Shown: piece by piece, positions 12,656-25,088 of the stretch
Numbering within the stretch: position 1 is the first letter of the stretch
Layout of the letters: the number at the start of each line of letters is the position of its first letter
Source of the DNA: Bilabrum cf. latius
Lineage: Eukaryota
Direction of reading: 5' to 3'
Length of the DNA stretch: 64,000 nucleotides
Assembly (NCBI GenBank): GCA_965178125.1
Contig: OZ237771.1
Span: forward strand, 496,001 to 560,000
The notes under the pieces: model-generated
What the model was told of the DNA's origin: nothing
The model's database searches: none
What the model saw: only the letters and a program-made list of their open reading frames with translations
Translations under genes and position numbers: made by a program

Positions 12656-13984
12656 TCAGATGTCCCCCTTCTCCTCGGTGCTCTTGCTCTTGTCCTCCCC
12701 CTCCTCCTCCGCCGCCACCACGTCAAGCAAGTGAGCCACCTCCGCCTCGCTCAGCACGCGCTGCATCACGGACCGGGGCGCAGACGAAGCGCCGATCACC
12801 TCATCCGCCGGGGGCGCCTTCCTGCTCCCCGCCCCCTCCTCATCGTCCTCCTTCCCCTCCCCGCTTCCCGCCTCATCCCCCTCCCCGTCCTCCATGGCGG
12901 CGGCCCCAGAACCGGAGGCAGCCGCGGCTGCTGCCCCGCCTGCCGCCGCCCCACTCGCCTCGGGCACAGCCGCCACGGGCCCGCCCACCTGCCCCTCATC
13001 CCTGCTCGCGTCCTCCTTGGTCCTCAGCACCGCCACATCCAGCCGATCCGCAGTGGGCCTCGCCGTGTCCAGGGCCTTCCGGAGCACCTTGACGGCGAGC
13101 TTGAGGGCCTCCTGGGTGCTCATGCCCTCCTTGTACTCTGCCTTGAGCATGCCGGTGGCAGTCACCTGGTTCTGCCCGATGGCGGTGGCCATCCACCCTC
13201 CGTAGTTCCCGCTCGGGTCAGAGAGGTAGAGCTGATAGCCCCTGTAGGCGTCCCAGCCGGCGTACAAGAAGGACACGCCGAACGGACGGAGGCCTCCGGA
13301 CTGCGTGTAGAACTGTTTCTGGTCACAAAGCAGCCGAACGAGCTGCTCCACGGGGACGGCTTCCCCGAATTTCTTGCGGTGGCGCTACGCCACGAGCCGG
13401 GCCTGCTCCAGCAGGATGCTGGCGTCGGACGTCAGCCCAGCCACGCAGCAGCCGACGTGGGAATCTATCTTCACTAGCTTCTCGCTGCTCTTTGGGGGGG
13501 CCAACAACTTGCTAACGACCTTCTTTTCTCCAGCAATGACAACTCCGTCGCGAGCGAGCACTCCGACAGCCGGTGGGGCGTTCTGGATGGCAGCCACCGC
13601 GTACTCAACTTGCATCAACCGCCCATCAGGGGTGAACGTTGTTGTTCTTTGATCGTAACGCCTAGACTGCGAACAATAGAAGGCCATACAAAGCGCAGAG
13701 CTAGTGAGATCGCTTGAAACCAGTTTGAGTGGCTTGTCCGGAATGCTTGGGAATGGCAAATCGACCAGGACCCGCTGAGGCCACCTGGATAGGTGAAACA
13801 GCTCAGCATTAGCTGCAACCAACCCTGCAGCGCCGCAACACCACGTCTCGAAACCAAGAGGCCAAGCGTAGTCCAAGCAAGCCGAGCAAGGGGCGTGGCA
13901 ACTCCAAGTATCAACAAACCCGCATCTACGCCACAAAAACGCGACACTGCTGGTGGTAATAACTATGTTATCTCAGCTCACCAT
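12656..13984 (-). CDS. PSMA4: 20S proteasome subunit alpha-3 (alpha type-4)
   Basis: ATG-only first exon (13984-13982), intron GTGAG...GCAG 13981-13667, then SRRYDQRTTTFTPDGRLMQVEYA, YTQSGGLRPFGVSFLYAGWD and SDPSGNYGGW. In-frame TAG at 13385-13387 in ARLVA*R, where the family has AQR. Ends in TGA. Confidence 0.95.
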
Positions 13985-14065
13985 AGCAAAAGCTCAAGAA
14001 GGGCTTATCTCGAAGAAATATGGGCGAAACACTGGCCTTGCTACGGAGCTAATTCTGATTTTCTC

Positions 14066-17000
14066 GGGGGGGATCTGATATTTTGTGGACTCAACTCAAA
14101 AGCGCACGCTATCACGAAGAAACATCTGGAACGAGGGCCCGGGACCTACCAGACTTCACGCTTCAGCTGCAATGGCCTAAACCACCTAAGCTCCACCCTG
14201 GGGACCCATTTCCCCATGGAGAGCGTCAGCATTCACGTTCCCTCCGGCGCCCGCTGCCGGCACCCCGTCCTGCTGCCCGTTCTGAGCCAACCCTGCCTTG
14301 ACGTTGGCGATCGCCACGGCGAGGTTGTTGTTTTCGGCTGCCCCTACAGCCAGGCTGGCAAAGTCCTCTCGGATCGCCCTTGCGAGCGCCCGTTTGGCCT
14401 TCGCTGCAGCCCTCCTCGATCCCTTCGAGACAAAATCGAGGATCCTTGAGTGGTCCTGCATGACCCGTGAGTACATAGTGTGGTACACACGCTGTTCCCC
14501 GCGCACGTGCTGGTGCTAGGCGGCAACAGAGAGGCGAGCCTTTGCCACGGAAGACCACGAGAGGCGCGCGTTGGCCGGACGAGTCGGAACCCGCCGCCCT
14601 TTGTCCTCCTGCCTCTTCTTCCGCAGCTTATCGAGCACCTACAGGAACTCGACCGACTTCTCCCCGATCCCCCCCAACACGTCCACCACAAAGGGTACGA
14701 CCCGCACGCCACTGCGTACCGCCCCTTTCTGCGTCCTCACGGTCCCAGGACACCACTTGTCTTCTCCTCCGATCCGGACGCCGAGCGCTCCGAGGTCGAC
14801 GGGCCTGCCGTAGCTGGCCAGCTTCGTGGCATGCGCGGCCCGCAGAGCAGACCCCTCTTGCCAGTCGCTGCCAATCCTCCACGACGAGCGGTCCCACCGG
14901 TAAGTTGCCGCAGTGGAATCAACCACCGTGACATCGATGAGATAAGCCGTCCCCTCGTGCTCAAAGAATAGGTCGCCTCGTGGCACGAGCGGACCGCGCC
15001 GACCCGGCAGCCGGGCCACTTGGCCCTCTGGCTCCCGGATAGGGCGTCTGCCCGTGGCCTCGCGGACCACCTGCTCGAGCACGTTGAGCACCCGGAAGTG
15101 CCTGCGGCCTGGAAGGCCTCCGCAGACACGCTTGTCCTTGCACGTGGCACCGTGGCGAACTGACTAGATCAGTTCGACTACCTTGCCCTGCTTCCGGCAC
15201 CCCGGGCAGATCTGCGTGACGCGCCACGCCTCCCCACATGCACCGTGCGTTGCCCCAAGAGGTTGTGGGGGACAGCTGCACGGCTGTGGGATGGCGAGGC
15301 GCTGGCAGAACATGCCCCGGGCATCTTCAGGCTGGACTCGGCTCAGGACAGAGAGCGGCGCATGCAGCCAAGACCCGGCTCCTTGGGACCTGGCGGCGCG
15401 GATTGTGGCTCGCGCCACTCCTGCGTACTCTCTGGTGACTGCATCGACTGGAGCGAGTCTGTCGTGCGCAAGCGGAGATGAGGCATCCCAGAGGAGCCTC
15501 TCCACCTGCACTCGCTCAGCCAGTGCCGTCACATGGCTCTGGTTGTGCCCTCCTGCGGCACCTTCGAGAAAACGAATAACCGCCTGCGATGCGGTGGGTG
15601 CCGGCTGCTCCCCAGCCAGCTGCCTCGTCACCCATGCCCGAAGGTCCTTCACCTCCAGGCGCCAGGGTTCAGTGGCCCCACCGCACAGCTCCATACGGGC
15701 TGCCTTCTCGGCTGGGCTGCCCAGGAGTTCCGAAGTGCGGGCTGTGTCCCACACCATACCATAGCGTGGGGGGACGTCAGCCTCCGGAACAAGTGGAAGC
15801 AACGGACTCGGGAAACCAGCCATCCCGAAATTGTCTTGCTTCCCCTCTTGTACGAGTCTCCCGTACTTCGAGATTGCGGTCATCACAGTGTCCACAAGGG
15901 AGTTCAGGCGCGCGGTGCGCCCTCGCAGTGGGTTCAGCAGAGGGGGTGCCTCCCCGGCACCTGCCGCCGCACCTTCCCCGACCTCCTCCGCCGGGTCCCA
16001 CTGGTTGAGCGCCACCTGCAGGTGTGGCAGGTTGAAGTCGCGTGCTACCCTCGCCAACCAGGGCCACACATCCAACAACCCCCCGACGCACATTGCCTCC
16101 CGGGTTAAATCGGCAGGCACGAGCCCCACTCCGAGGCCCCCACGGGCAACGGATAGCGGACCCAGCACGTCCAACACCTGTCTCTGGGCCTGCGAGAGAG
16201 CGCTTACACGCATCCCTGTCAGGAACTCCAGAAACGCTCCCTACACCTCCTTCAAATGGGGTGTCACCCCGTCCTTGAGCTCGGGCAAGAGGCACCCGCT
16301 CCTGTGCACGTGCGTCCACGCCGGCACAACGCACCGGGCAAACAGTGCGCGCGCACTGATTGGGTCCAGGTAGGCCAGGCGAAAAGCCTGAACCACCGTC
16401 TCTTCCAAGCGTCCCTTCAAGACTTGTTCGGCCACTCCGACGTCGGTCCCTACCGGGACGCCCAGGATCCTCAGCCCATGCTCGTGGACCACTCCTTCGA
16501 GCCTATCCTCCTGGTCTGGCGCCAATAGGTGGACCAGGCGCTAATAGGTGGCTCGGGAGGGGGAGAAGAACGACGTTTTCTTCTAGTTGAGGGAGAGGCC
16601 GACGTCCCCCAACTTCCCCTCCAACGTGGCGATGGCTGCCCTGACATTATCTAGCTCCCCCAACAGGAACACGTCGTCAAGGTACGCTACTAGGTACACA
16701 TCCATGTGGGCAATCTTTGTCGCTTTCAGAGCGCCCTAAATGGCTGCGCAGAACAGCGCTGGAGACAATGGCGACCCCTACAGCACCCCCTCCAGGTTCT
16801 GCACAAGCTCTGTTCCATCCTCGCCAGACACAACACCATGTACTGCGTGCTGCAGACACTGGTGCACGTAAGTGCCCAGTCCGGTGGACAGCGACGCCAA
16901 AGCTTGCAAGGTCGCCTTCCGATGGATGGAGCCATATGCATCCGAGGCATCCAGCGCAGCGACCACCCACTCAGGGTTAGCGCTGAGAAGAGCCTGGATC

Positions 17001-18548
17001 GTTGCAATGGCTCCGTCCATCCCGCACTTGAGCCCCGCCCCCATCTGGTGTGGGGCGCAAGCTCGCTACACCTTCGGCAGCAATTCGGGCCGAAGGGCTC
17101 GGCTCACAAATGTATGCCACTGAGGCTGGATTGCGATGACCCTGAACTCCGAGCCCCCCTCCCCTTTCGGGATTGGGACCCCTCGAAACAGGCCCAGGCA
17201 CGCGAATAGGCACGGCGGCAGGGCTCCCTCAACCATGGACTAGCAGAAGGCATGGAAGTCGTCATAAAGCCGCTTCACATCTGCTCCCTCCCCGGTCAGC
17301 AAGGTTTTCAGCACCTCTCTCGTCACACCAAAAGCATCTGGCGCCTTGAGTCGCAGGGCCTTCTAGACCTCCTCCCCTAGTCTAGCCCCCGACAGCTCCA
17401 CCACATGCTCGCGCGCGTCTCCTCCAGTTCCCCCTCGTCGGCCTCTTCGCACCGGGCGTGTCCAGCGGAACCTGGGGATCGGCTGGGACCGCTTGGTGCG
17501 AAACTTCCCCTACACCTTCGCCTGCATTTCGGCTGCCGTGCCCCTAGCGTGGGGCCTAGCAGCCAACCGCGACATGGCCTTACGGTAGTCCCCGATCGAC
17601 AAAAACCGGAGGCAACTGCGTACTGCCTTGCGCGAAGGGGGGGAAGGAAGTCCCTTGCCACTGACGCTGGAAAGGATACCCCCCAACTTCTCCACAATCC
17701 TCCCGCGGGCTGCGAGAGACTCGGGATCATCAGATGGGGAGCTCCCACTCTTTCGGTCTACCACGGCTCCGCCAGCTATGGCTTCCTACTCAGCGGCAGC
17801 TTCGCGCGGGACACGAGAATCCGACGGCCGGCGACACAGCAAAACAAACACTTTCAGCTTATGTAAAGCCTACAGCGTGAGCTTCTCCTCCAGTTCTTTG
17901 CCTTTACCAGAATCGTTGGTCCAGGCGGAGGATACATTCATAGTCTCCTTCAGGAAGAGAGAAAGGGCGGTTCGTGCCTCCTTTTTCTAATCTAGATTCA
18001 TACTACGAAGCGCTGTCTCGCGTTCGGGCCAGAACGCACACTCAAGGATCAGCTTGCGAACGTCGTCGGGCAGTGGCACTGCCTCCAACTCAGCCGCCTA
18101 ATGCTCCGCAGGAACCCCCGCTCCGGCCCCGCCGGCAACTTGTGGGACCGCATGTGGAACATTTGCTTCACCCTGATCTGCATCTTCTTCAGCTGCGGCG
18201 ACTGCGGCATTATCTGCCCCCGGCGCCGCCTCAGCAACCACGATTGCTGCACCTCCGACCGCCGCCTCACCCACAGGCTAGGGAGGCTAAGCGTGACCGA
18301 AGTGCTAGCGTCCAATGACTCCGTCGGAATCAGAATCATTGGAATCGGGGGGGTTGGGGACTCCTGGTCCGGTCTAAGCGGCGCTGGCAGCACCGTCAGA
18401 ATCCTTGGCAAGTAACCTTCCCAAGGCGAATCTTTGCGCGACTCCCACACCCATTCTGGGCATCTTACCCTTACCGGCAACACGCCCTGAACGTAGGACG
18501 ATCTGACCCCCCCCGGGGTCATCCATTTCCCAAGGAGATTTTGTCTTG
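14066..18548 (-). mobile_element. CRE-like non-LTR retrotransposon (single ORF, RT plus C-terminal restriction-like endonuclease)
   Basis: Contains a single RT-RLE ORF. Flanked by a 10-bp direct repeat TGATTTTCTC (14056-14065 and 18549-18558), taken as a candidate target-site duplication, so the boundaries are tentative. Confidence 0.75.
14156..18526 (-). CDS. Reverse transcriptase / zinc knuckle / RLE endonuclease polyprotein (~1,456 aa with TAG=Gln)
   Basis: One frame from ATG 18526 to TGA 14156 with about 22 in-frame TAGs and no TAA or TGA found. RT motifs: PKGEGGSEFRVIAI, PHQMGAG, LDASDAYGSIHR, GVL*GSPLSPALF, AYLDD, GLSLN*KKT. A Cys/His cluster follows, then RLE motifs RH...E...RGDL...IDVTV...KLASY...PFVVDVLGG. 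Confidence 0.92.
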
Positions 18549-18650
18549 TGATTTTCTCAATGTCAATGTGTAGCGTGTATATTTGCGTTGCACTTGCACT
18601 CGTATATAACTCGACGGGATCCTTCGCACTGTGGGCTCGCAAGAGCAAGC

Positions 18651-21600
18651 ATGCAGTGGCGCAGATGCGAATTTTTTGATACATTCAATATAAAAGATCA
18701 TGATGGCGAGGCTGAGCTGCAGCCGCCTCACGCGGGCATATCAGTGAGGCCCGAACTTTTTTGTGCAATGAGTAGCATTTCGTACGGAATCACGGGATGG
18801 ATTACACTGCGAACGAAACGCTGCGACATCACTCACCATCTGTGCAGGTTCTTGACGTGACGTGTTCGCACAGTGCCGGAAGTACGCTCGCACTAGGGTG
18901 CGCAGACGGCACGGTTGCAGTCATCGCGCCGGACGGAACCATGGCTCGATTCCTCGCGCACGAGCACCGCGTCAACCAGGTGTGCCTGGTCGATCCCGCG
19001 GCGTGCTACTCCTCGGATGGCATCGCCGGCGGTTCCTCGAACGATGACGGGCTGCTCCTCGTCACGGTGGGCGATGCACCTGACGGCAGGCCGGCCCACG
19101 TGCGGGAGGCGCAGCGAGCCGTGGCGAGGTACTCGGAATCGCAATTGCGGCAGCAGTTGCATGCTGCGCAGCAGGAGGAGCAGCGGGCGCACGAGGCAGC
19201 GAACCTGCCGGTGCCCGGGAGCGGCGGTGTGGGGTCCTCTGTGGGTGGAGGGTCCGGGTCTGTGACGAGTGGTGGGGGTGGGACGGGGGGTGTCCCAGGG
19301 GATGGTGAGGGGGGTAGGGGATCCGTTGGGGGCGGGCTAGGCTCCTCTAGTCTTCAGAAGATGTTTGGGCTGGGGCTCGGGGGCGGCGGGGCGGGGCAAG
19401 GGTCGGGCGGCGGCAGCGGCGGTGCGGGGGGCTCCAGGGTGGGGCCCAGGGGTCGTCGGGGGACCACCCAGGGGAGGGAACAACCCCGTGGTGGGGACCA
19501 AGGGTCTGGCCTGGGGTTCTTGTCCATGGTTTCACGAACGTTTGGCAGCGGAGATGCGGGCCCTGGGTCGAGAGCGGGGGCAGGGGGGTCGGGCGGTGTC
19601 CAGGACGGATGGAGGCAGGCTGAGAGGGGGTGGGCCTGGGCCCCGGGGGAGGGGCCTAAGGCCGGCGGAGGGGACAAGGAGAGGGAGGGGGCCACAGGAC
19701 GCGCATCGGCGTCTGCCCGGGGAGGCAGTTCCGGCTCCGAGTCAGATCCCTGCCCCCCCGTGCTTCAGGTGTGGTGCCTGGGGGAGTGGGGCGGGCTGCA
19801 GGCGGCTCTGCGGCAGGCGCGGGAGGAAGCGGCGCAGGCGGAGGCGGACGCCGCTGGGGAACAAGAGGACGAGGAGGCGCGGGCGAGGGAGGCGGGAGGA
19901 GGGGGTGCCCTAGGGCTGGATGACGAGGACGAGATGGACGAGTTCGGGCGCAGGGGGGGGGAGGACCCCGATGCGGACGGGTCCACCCCCGAGGAGAGGG
20001 AGGAGCAGAGGGGGAGGCGGGCGCTGGAGAGGGCGGCGAGGGGGACCTTCAGGAGGGCGAGCAGGTTCCGCAGGGCGCTGGAGATTTGCGCGGCGCCTCC
20101 CTCGGCTGCCTCCTTCAAGTATCCGTTGACTTTGCCCGGGGACTCGCTGCGGGCGGGCAGGGCAGCTTCCCCCGTGCCTGGCGTGTACGTGACAGCACTG
20201 GCTGCTTGTCCCCCCGAGCCCATGGACGTGCAGGCGGGGCACGGTGGGGGTGGGGGGGCATTCGGGCTGCTGCTGGGCACGGGCATGGGCGGGGGCGGCG
20301 CTTCCACGGTCCCTGGGCTAGGCATCCCGACCGGCATGGGCCTTTGCGTTGGCATCGGCCTATCCACAGGCCACGTGGTGGTGATGGACGGTCCCCTGAA
20401 CAACGGGAGGTCCAGGCTCAGATCAAGGGTGTTCGCGGCGCCCCGGCCACCGCTCCCTGCGGAACTTCAGAGCGCGGCGCCGTCCGCATCCGCGGCGGCA
20501 GGCGGTGCATCGACCTCCCTGACCGCCTCCCGAGGCGCGGCTCCCCCGGTCCCCCCCAAGGGACAGGGACAGGGACAGGGGGGCTCCTCCTCGGGGGCGG
20601 GGCAACGGGAGGGGCAGGAGAGCCCGGCCTGGCAGAGGGCTCTGCTCGCGGGGGGTGCGGGCTGCAGGGCCGCAGTGACGTCAGTGGTGCTGGCCAACTT
20701 GGTGGGGGCGGGGGACGGCGGGGCAGGGGCAGACGAGGGACCCGCGGGGGAGGCTTCCGGCTCCGGATCGTTGCTGGTCGGGTTTGCGACCACCCGCGAC
20801 ACCGTGTGTTCCTTCTTCCCCTCGCTGGGCCCCGACCGCGCCCGCTGGCCCCCTGAGGTGCAGGAGGCCAGGGGCAGGCCAGAGGCAAGAGAGGTGCCCA
20901 CCATGGGACTCACGGACCACAGGGACGGCCCATGGCAGGGGTGTGCGCCGGGGTGCGGGGTGCTGACGGGGGACGGGCGTCTGGCCGCCGTGGGGCATCG
21001 TGCAGTGCACCTGTACTGGCCCTGGTCCCGCGGGGAGGTCTTTGTGGTGGTGAGCTCCAGGGCGCCCTGCCTGCGAGCCGCGTGGGTGGGGGCCTCGGGG
21101 GGGCTCGCACTCGTCACAGCCGACTCGGACGGGAGGCAGACGGTGCAGGTGTACGACCTGCGGAACCGGCTGCAGAGCGGGGCGCTGCGCATGCCCCTGG
21201 TGCCCGCCTCCTCGGCCCAGGCGCACACCAACGCCGTGTGGACGGCGGCCAAGCAGGAGGCGGCGCGGGAGGGTGCACTGCACGCTGCTGCTCTGCGCAG
21301 GGAACAAGGGGGTGCGGACGGGGGACAGGAGGAGGACGGTCGCAGGGGCGGCGGCAGGAAGGGGGGCGCAGGTGTGATGAGTGCGCTGGAGCTGGCAGAG
21401 GTGTTCAAGGCGGCAGGGGCCGTGGAGTCGGGCGCCAGTGCCGGTGTGATGAGTGCGCTGGATGGATCCGCGGGCGGTGGTTCCCGTGCCGCGGCCCGCA
21501 CAGCGGCTCCCCCCTCCCACCTTGTGCTGCACCTGTCGTGCGCCCGGGGGGACCGGCTGGTGGCGCTCACGACGAGGGGGGTGGCGGTGGCGCTGCAGGA

Positions 21601-24600
21601 GCGGCCCATCCGGACCAAGATCAACACTCTCTTCGAGACGCGGCAGTTTCTCCCCGCCATCCGCCTGGCCGAGCGAGAGCCTGACGTCGATGACGCTCAC
21701 GTGGCGCACATGCGGGCCATATACGCCCAGTGGCTGCTGGACTCTCGCCAGCTGGACGACGCAGTGGAGCAGTTCTCCAGGACCATAGGGCACTACGATC
21801 CATCGGCAGTGGTCAGGAGGTTCCTGGGGGCCCGCAGGACACAGTACCTCATCCGGTACCTGGAGGAGCTGCACGAGGCCGGCGCCGCGCGTGCGGAACA
21901 CACCAGCCTGCTGCTCAACTGCTACGCGCAGGCCAGGCAGGCCCCCGCCCTGGCTGCATTCTTGCTGGGCAAAGGCGCGGGGGGAGAGCAGCACAAGCAC
22001 CAGCATCTTACTCCGGATCCTCAGGGGACAAGCGGTGGTCAAACCGACGCAGACCCCGCTGCTGCGCTCCCCTTCGACGCCCGGCAGGCGGTGGGCACCC
22101 TCCGGGAGGCCGGCTTCCTGGCCTTCGCGAGGGACGTGGCGGCGCTGGCGGGGGACTCGGAGTCGTATCTCGAGGTGCAGGTGGGCGCGCGGGCGGCTCC
22201 CGACGAGGCCATCGTGTTCCTCAGGAGGCTCCCCGCGGAAGACGCCAGGCGGGCCCTGGCCGTGCACGGGCCCGCGCTGCTGGCCCAGCGGCCTGGGGCG
22301 GCGGCGGCGCTGGCGGCGAGTCTGAGCGGGGGCTCGTATGTTCCGCTGGGGGCGCCGCGCATTCCCCCACCCGGAGGCGTGGCTCCAGCACTGTGGGCAG
22401 TGTCGGAGGGTGCGTCGGGGGAGGAGGCGGGGCTGTCGGGGGCTGGGCTAGAAGAGGGCGATGGGGCTTCAGGGGCAGGGGCAGGGGCTGGGGCTGGGGC
22501 AGGGGCTGGGGCTGGGGCTGGGGCTGGGGCTGGGGCAGGGGCAGGGGCTGGTGCGATGACGGGAGCGGCCCGGCGGTCGACAGAGCTAGAGCTGCGCGCA
22601 GCAGCAATGGCGGGGCACAGGGCCCGGGTGGCGATGGAGGGGAGCTAGCACGGGGATGCATCGCACGGTGGTGCATAGGGGGGCGAGGGCACGCTGGTGT
22701 CCCGGGCTGCGGTGGCGCCGCACCTCTCTGGGTTTGCAGCACATCCCCGGGAGCTGCTGGTGCTGCTGCGGGAGGTGCTGCTGGGCGAGAAGCAGGAGGT
22801 GCTGGCCCGGCAGCTGCAGGCGCTGGAAGAGCATGTGGGCGAGTGCCAGGCACCGCCGGGGGGTACCGGTTCGGTGGGTGCCGGTGCGTAGGGGCGTGGC
22901 GGGCCCCCGGCTGCCTGGGCGGCGCTGCTTGAGCTGGAGCTGGAGGGGTTCCGCAGGAGGGAGGTGGCGCTGCTTGAGGGTGTGACGAGTGAATCGGGGG
23001 GGCTGGGGAGTGGTGGTGCGTCGGAGAGCAAGGAGTCGGGTGGTAATCAAACCGGGGGACGTGGCCAAACTCGCGGGGTGCTGCGGGACGACCCCCGTCT
23101 GCAGAGGGCCCTCGCGGCTCTGCACAGAGAGCGGTCGGATCGGATCAGTCTGCTGCTGGCGAGGGCGGGCGCCGACGTGCCGGACGCATCGCTCTCTTTG
23201 TTGACTCGCGGGATGCGGCGATACCTTCGTGTGGAGGGGGAGGGGGAGGGGGAGGGGGAGGGGGAGGGGGACGAAGGGGAGGTAGGGGGGATGGAAGGGG
23301 AGGGCGCTGCCAGTGGTGCGGGGACAGATGCATTGCATGGTAGTGCAGTAGCCACAGCGCGGAGCGGGGCCCTAGACGCGCGAGTGACGTACTCGCTGGC
23401 TCCCCAGCGAGTCATGGCGGCAGCGCATGCCCTGGGGGCAGAGGACGTGGGGGCACATGCGGCTGCCACCAGCGGCCTTCCGGAAGCAGAGCTGGAGTTG
23501 CACCTGGCCCGGGCGCGGCAGGCTGCATTCCTTGGTCGGGGCCAGCAGGCCAAGAGGTGTCGCGAGCAGGCTCTCAAGGTGTGTGAGGCGCATGTGGCCA
23601 CCAGGCCCAGGCTATATGAAAGGGCGCTGCAGTCGCTGGCATACTCGCTGGGCAAGGAGGCGAGTGTCATAGGTGGGGCGAGTGGAAGCAGTGGAGGCAA
23701 CGGGACTCCTTCTGCCACTGCCGCTGGTGCCTCGGCTGGTGCTGGGGTCGGTGGCATTACGGGAGGGAGGCCGGCGACAGCGGAGGAGAGGGCGAGGGAG
23801 CGGCGCTTCAGGGAACACGAGCTGGACCTGGCACGGTGCGTGGGCAAAGTGGCGGATCTAGGGCTGCTGTCCCCCGTGCAGCTGGCAGAGCTGCTTGGTC
23901 GCAACCCCGTGGTTCCTCTCGGCACGATCAAGGGAGTGCTCGTGGCGCGGCTCCGGGAGGACCAGGCGGTGGCCGCTGCAGGACGAGAGGCGGCGCGGCG
24001 GGCGCAGGAAGAGGCAGAGGCGGCGCGAGAGCAGCTGGAGCGGCTGCGCTCCCGCGGTCGGGTGTTCGAGCGTCGAGTGGACCGCAGCACGCGACACCCG
24101 CTAGGGCCCGTATCTGTGCACTTTTTGTGCGGCGGGCACGGGCTGGCGCAGGGGCTGGGGAGGAGAGAGGGGGGCAGCGGGGGCGGGGCGGGCGCCAGGA
24201 ACGGGCGTGGCCGGGGTGGAGCGGGTGGGTTCGGGGTGGATGACGAGGACGAAGACGAGCATGCGTTCGCGCCTACCTCGGTGCAGTCGGCTCTGGATGC
24301 CGATGCAGGTGCCTAGCTTGCGAATGCCGGTGCGCTTGGGTACGAGGGCAAGGGTCGCGGGCTGGAGTGCCCAATCTGCGGCGACGAGCAGCTGCAGGCG
24401 CTGAGGGAACAGGCAGACGGGCAGCGAGCGGCGCTGCTGCCGGGCCGTTTCTAGGCGTCTCTCAAGCGAGCACGGGGAGTGGAGGGGCTCGCTGTGATGG
24501 CGGACGAGCTGGGGCTGGGCGTGATGGACGACCGGGTGCTGCGGGAGGAGAAGGAGGCATGGGACAGGGAGCAGGCGAGCAAGGCCGAAGCCGAAGAGGG

Positions 24601-24736
24601 GTAGGGCAAGGATGCTGAAAGTGATGCCGGAGGGGGGAGTGGAGCGGCACTGGGTGGCAGTGGCACTGCCGTGCCTGGGCGCGAGCTTGGGTTTGACCCA
24701 AGTGATGATCCATCTAGAGCCGCATTGTTTGGCTAA
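18651..24736 (+). CDS. VPS11: Vacuolar protein sorting 11 (HOPS/CORVET core subunit), expanded by low-complexity inserts
   Basis: Exon 1 MQWRRCEFFD (18651-18743), intron 18744-18847. Clathrin-repeat region LQERPIRTKINTLF...AVEQFSRTIGHYDPSAVVRRFL...YLEELH...HTSLLLNCY; C-terminal VHFLC...ECPIC. In-frame TAGs at 22646, 22889, 24314, 24452 and 24602. Ends in TAA. Confidence 0.9.
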
Positions 24737-24760
24737 ATATGTTTTGTCCTGGTTGGAGTT

Positions 24761-24790
24761 ATCCGTGACCCCACAGATCTTGTCGTGTAG
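24761..24790. repeat. Left terminal inverted repeat (30 bp, including the outer AT)
   Basis: 30/30 inverted match to 28013-28042. Confidence 0.95.
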
Positions 24791-25088
24791 TTGACTCGGA
24801 ATATTTAAAAAAGGAAGCGCTCAGGAACGTTCATTAACATGTCTGAATTGGGGTATCATGTATCGTGTATGACAGTCTAATACTTGAATTTTCTGGATCA
24901 AAAAAAAGCTGATCGATACTGTATATACTATAGAAGATATGTGCGGTTGAAATCAGCGGATTTGAAGGTCAACTGGCCACGTGATCGTGACGAGTGCACC
25001 CACACATCTTGACGTGTAGTTTTGGGCGCGAATATTGAGAGTACTATTGAGATTTTGAAAGAACGAAAGATGCTTGTAGAATAAATAC

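Noticed and set aside
18049-18684. 211-aa minus ORF as a separate ORF1/gag of the retrotransposon
   Set aside because: It overlaps the RT ORF N-terminus out of frame and VPS11 exon 1, and has no gag or zinc-knuckle features.
19354-24090. Numerous long Pro/Arg-rich antisense and alternate-frame ORFs, here and across the window
   Set aside because: These are expected by-products of very high GC content within real genes.
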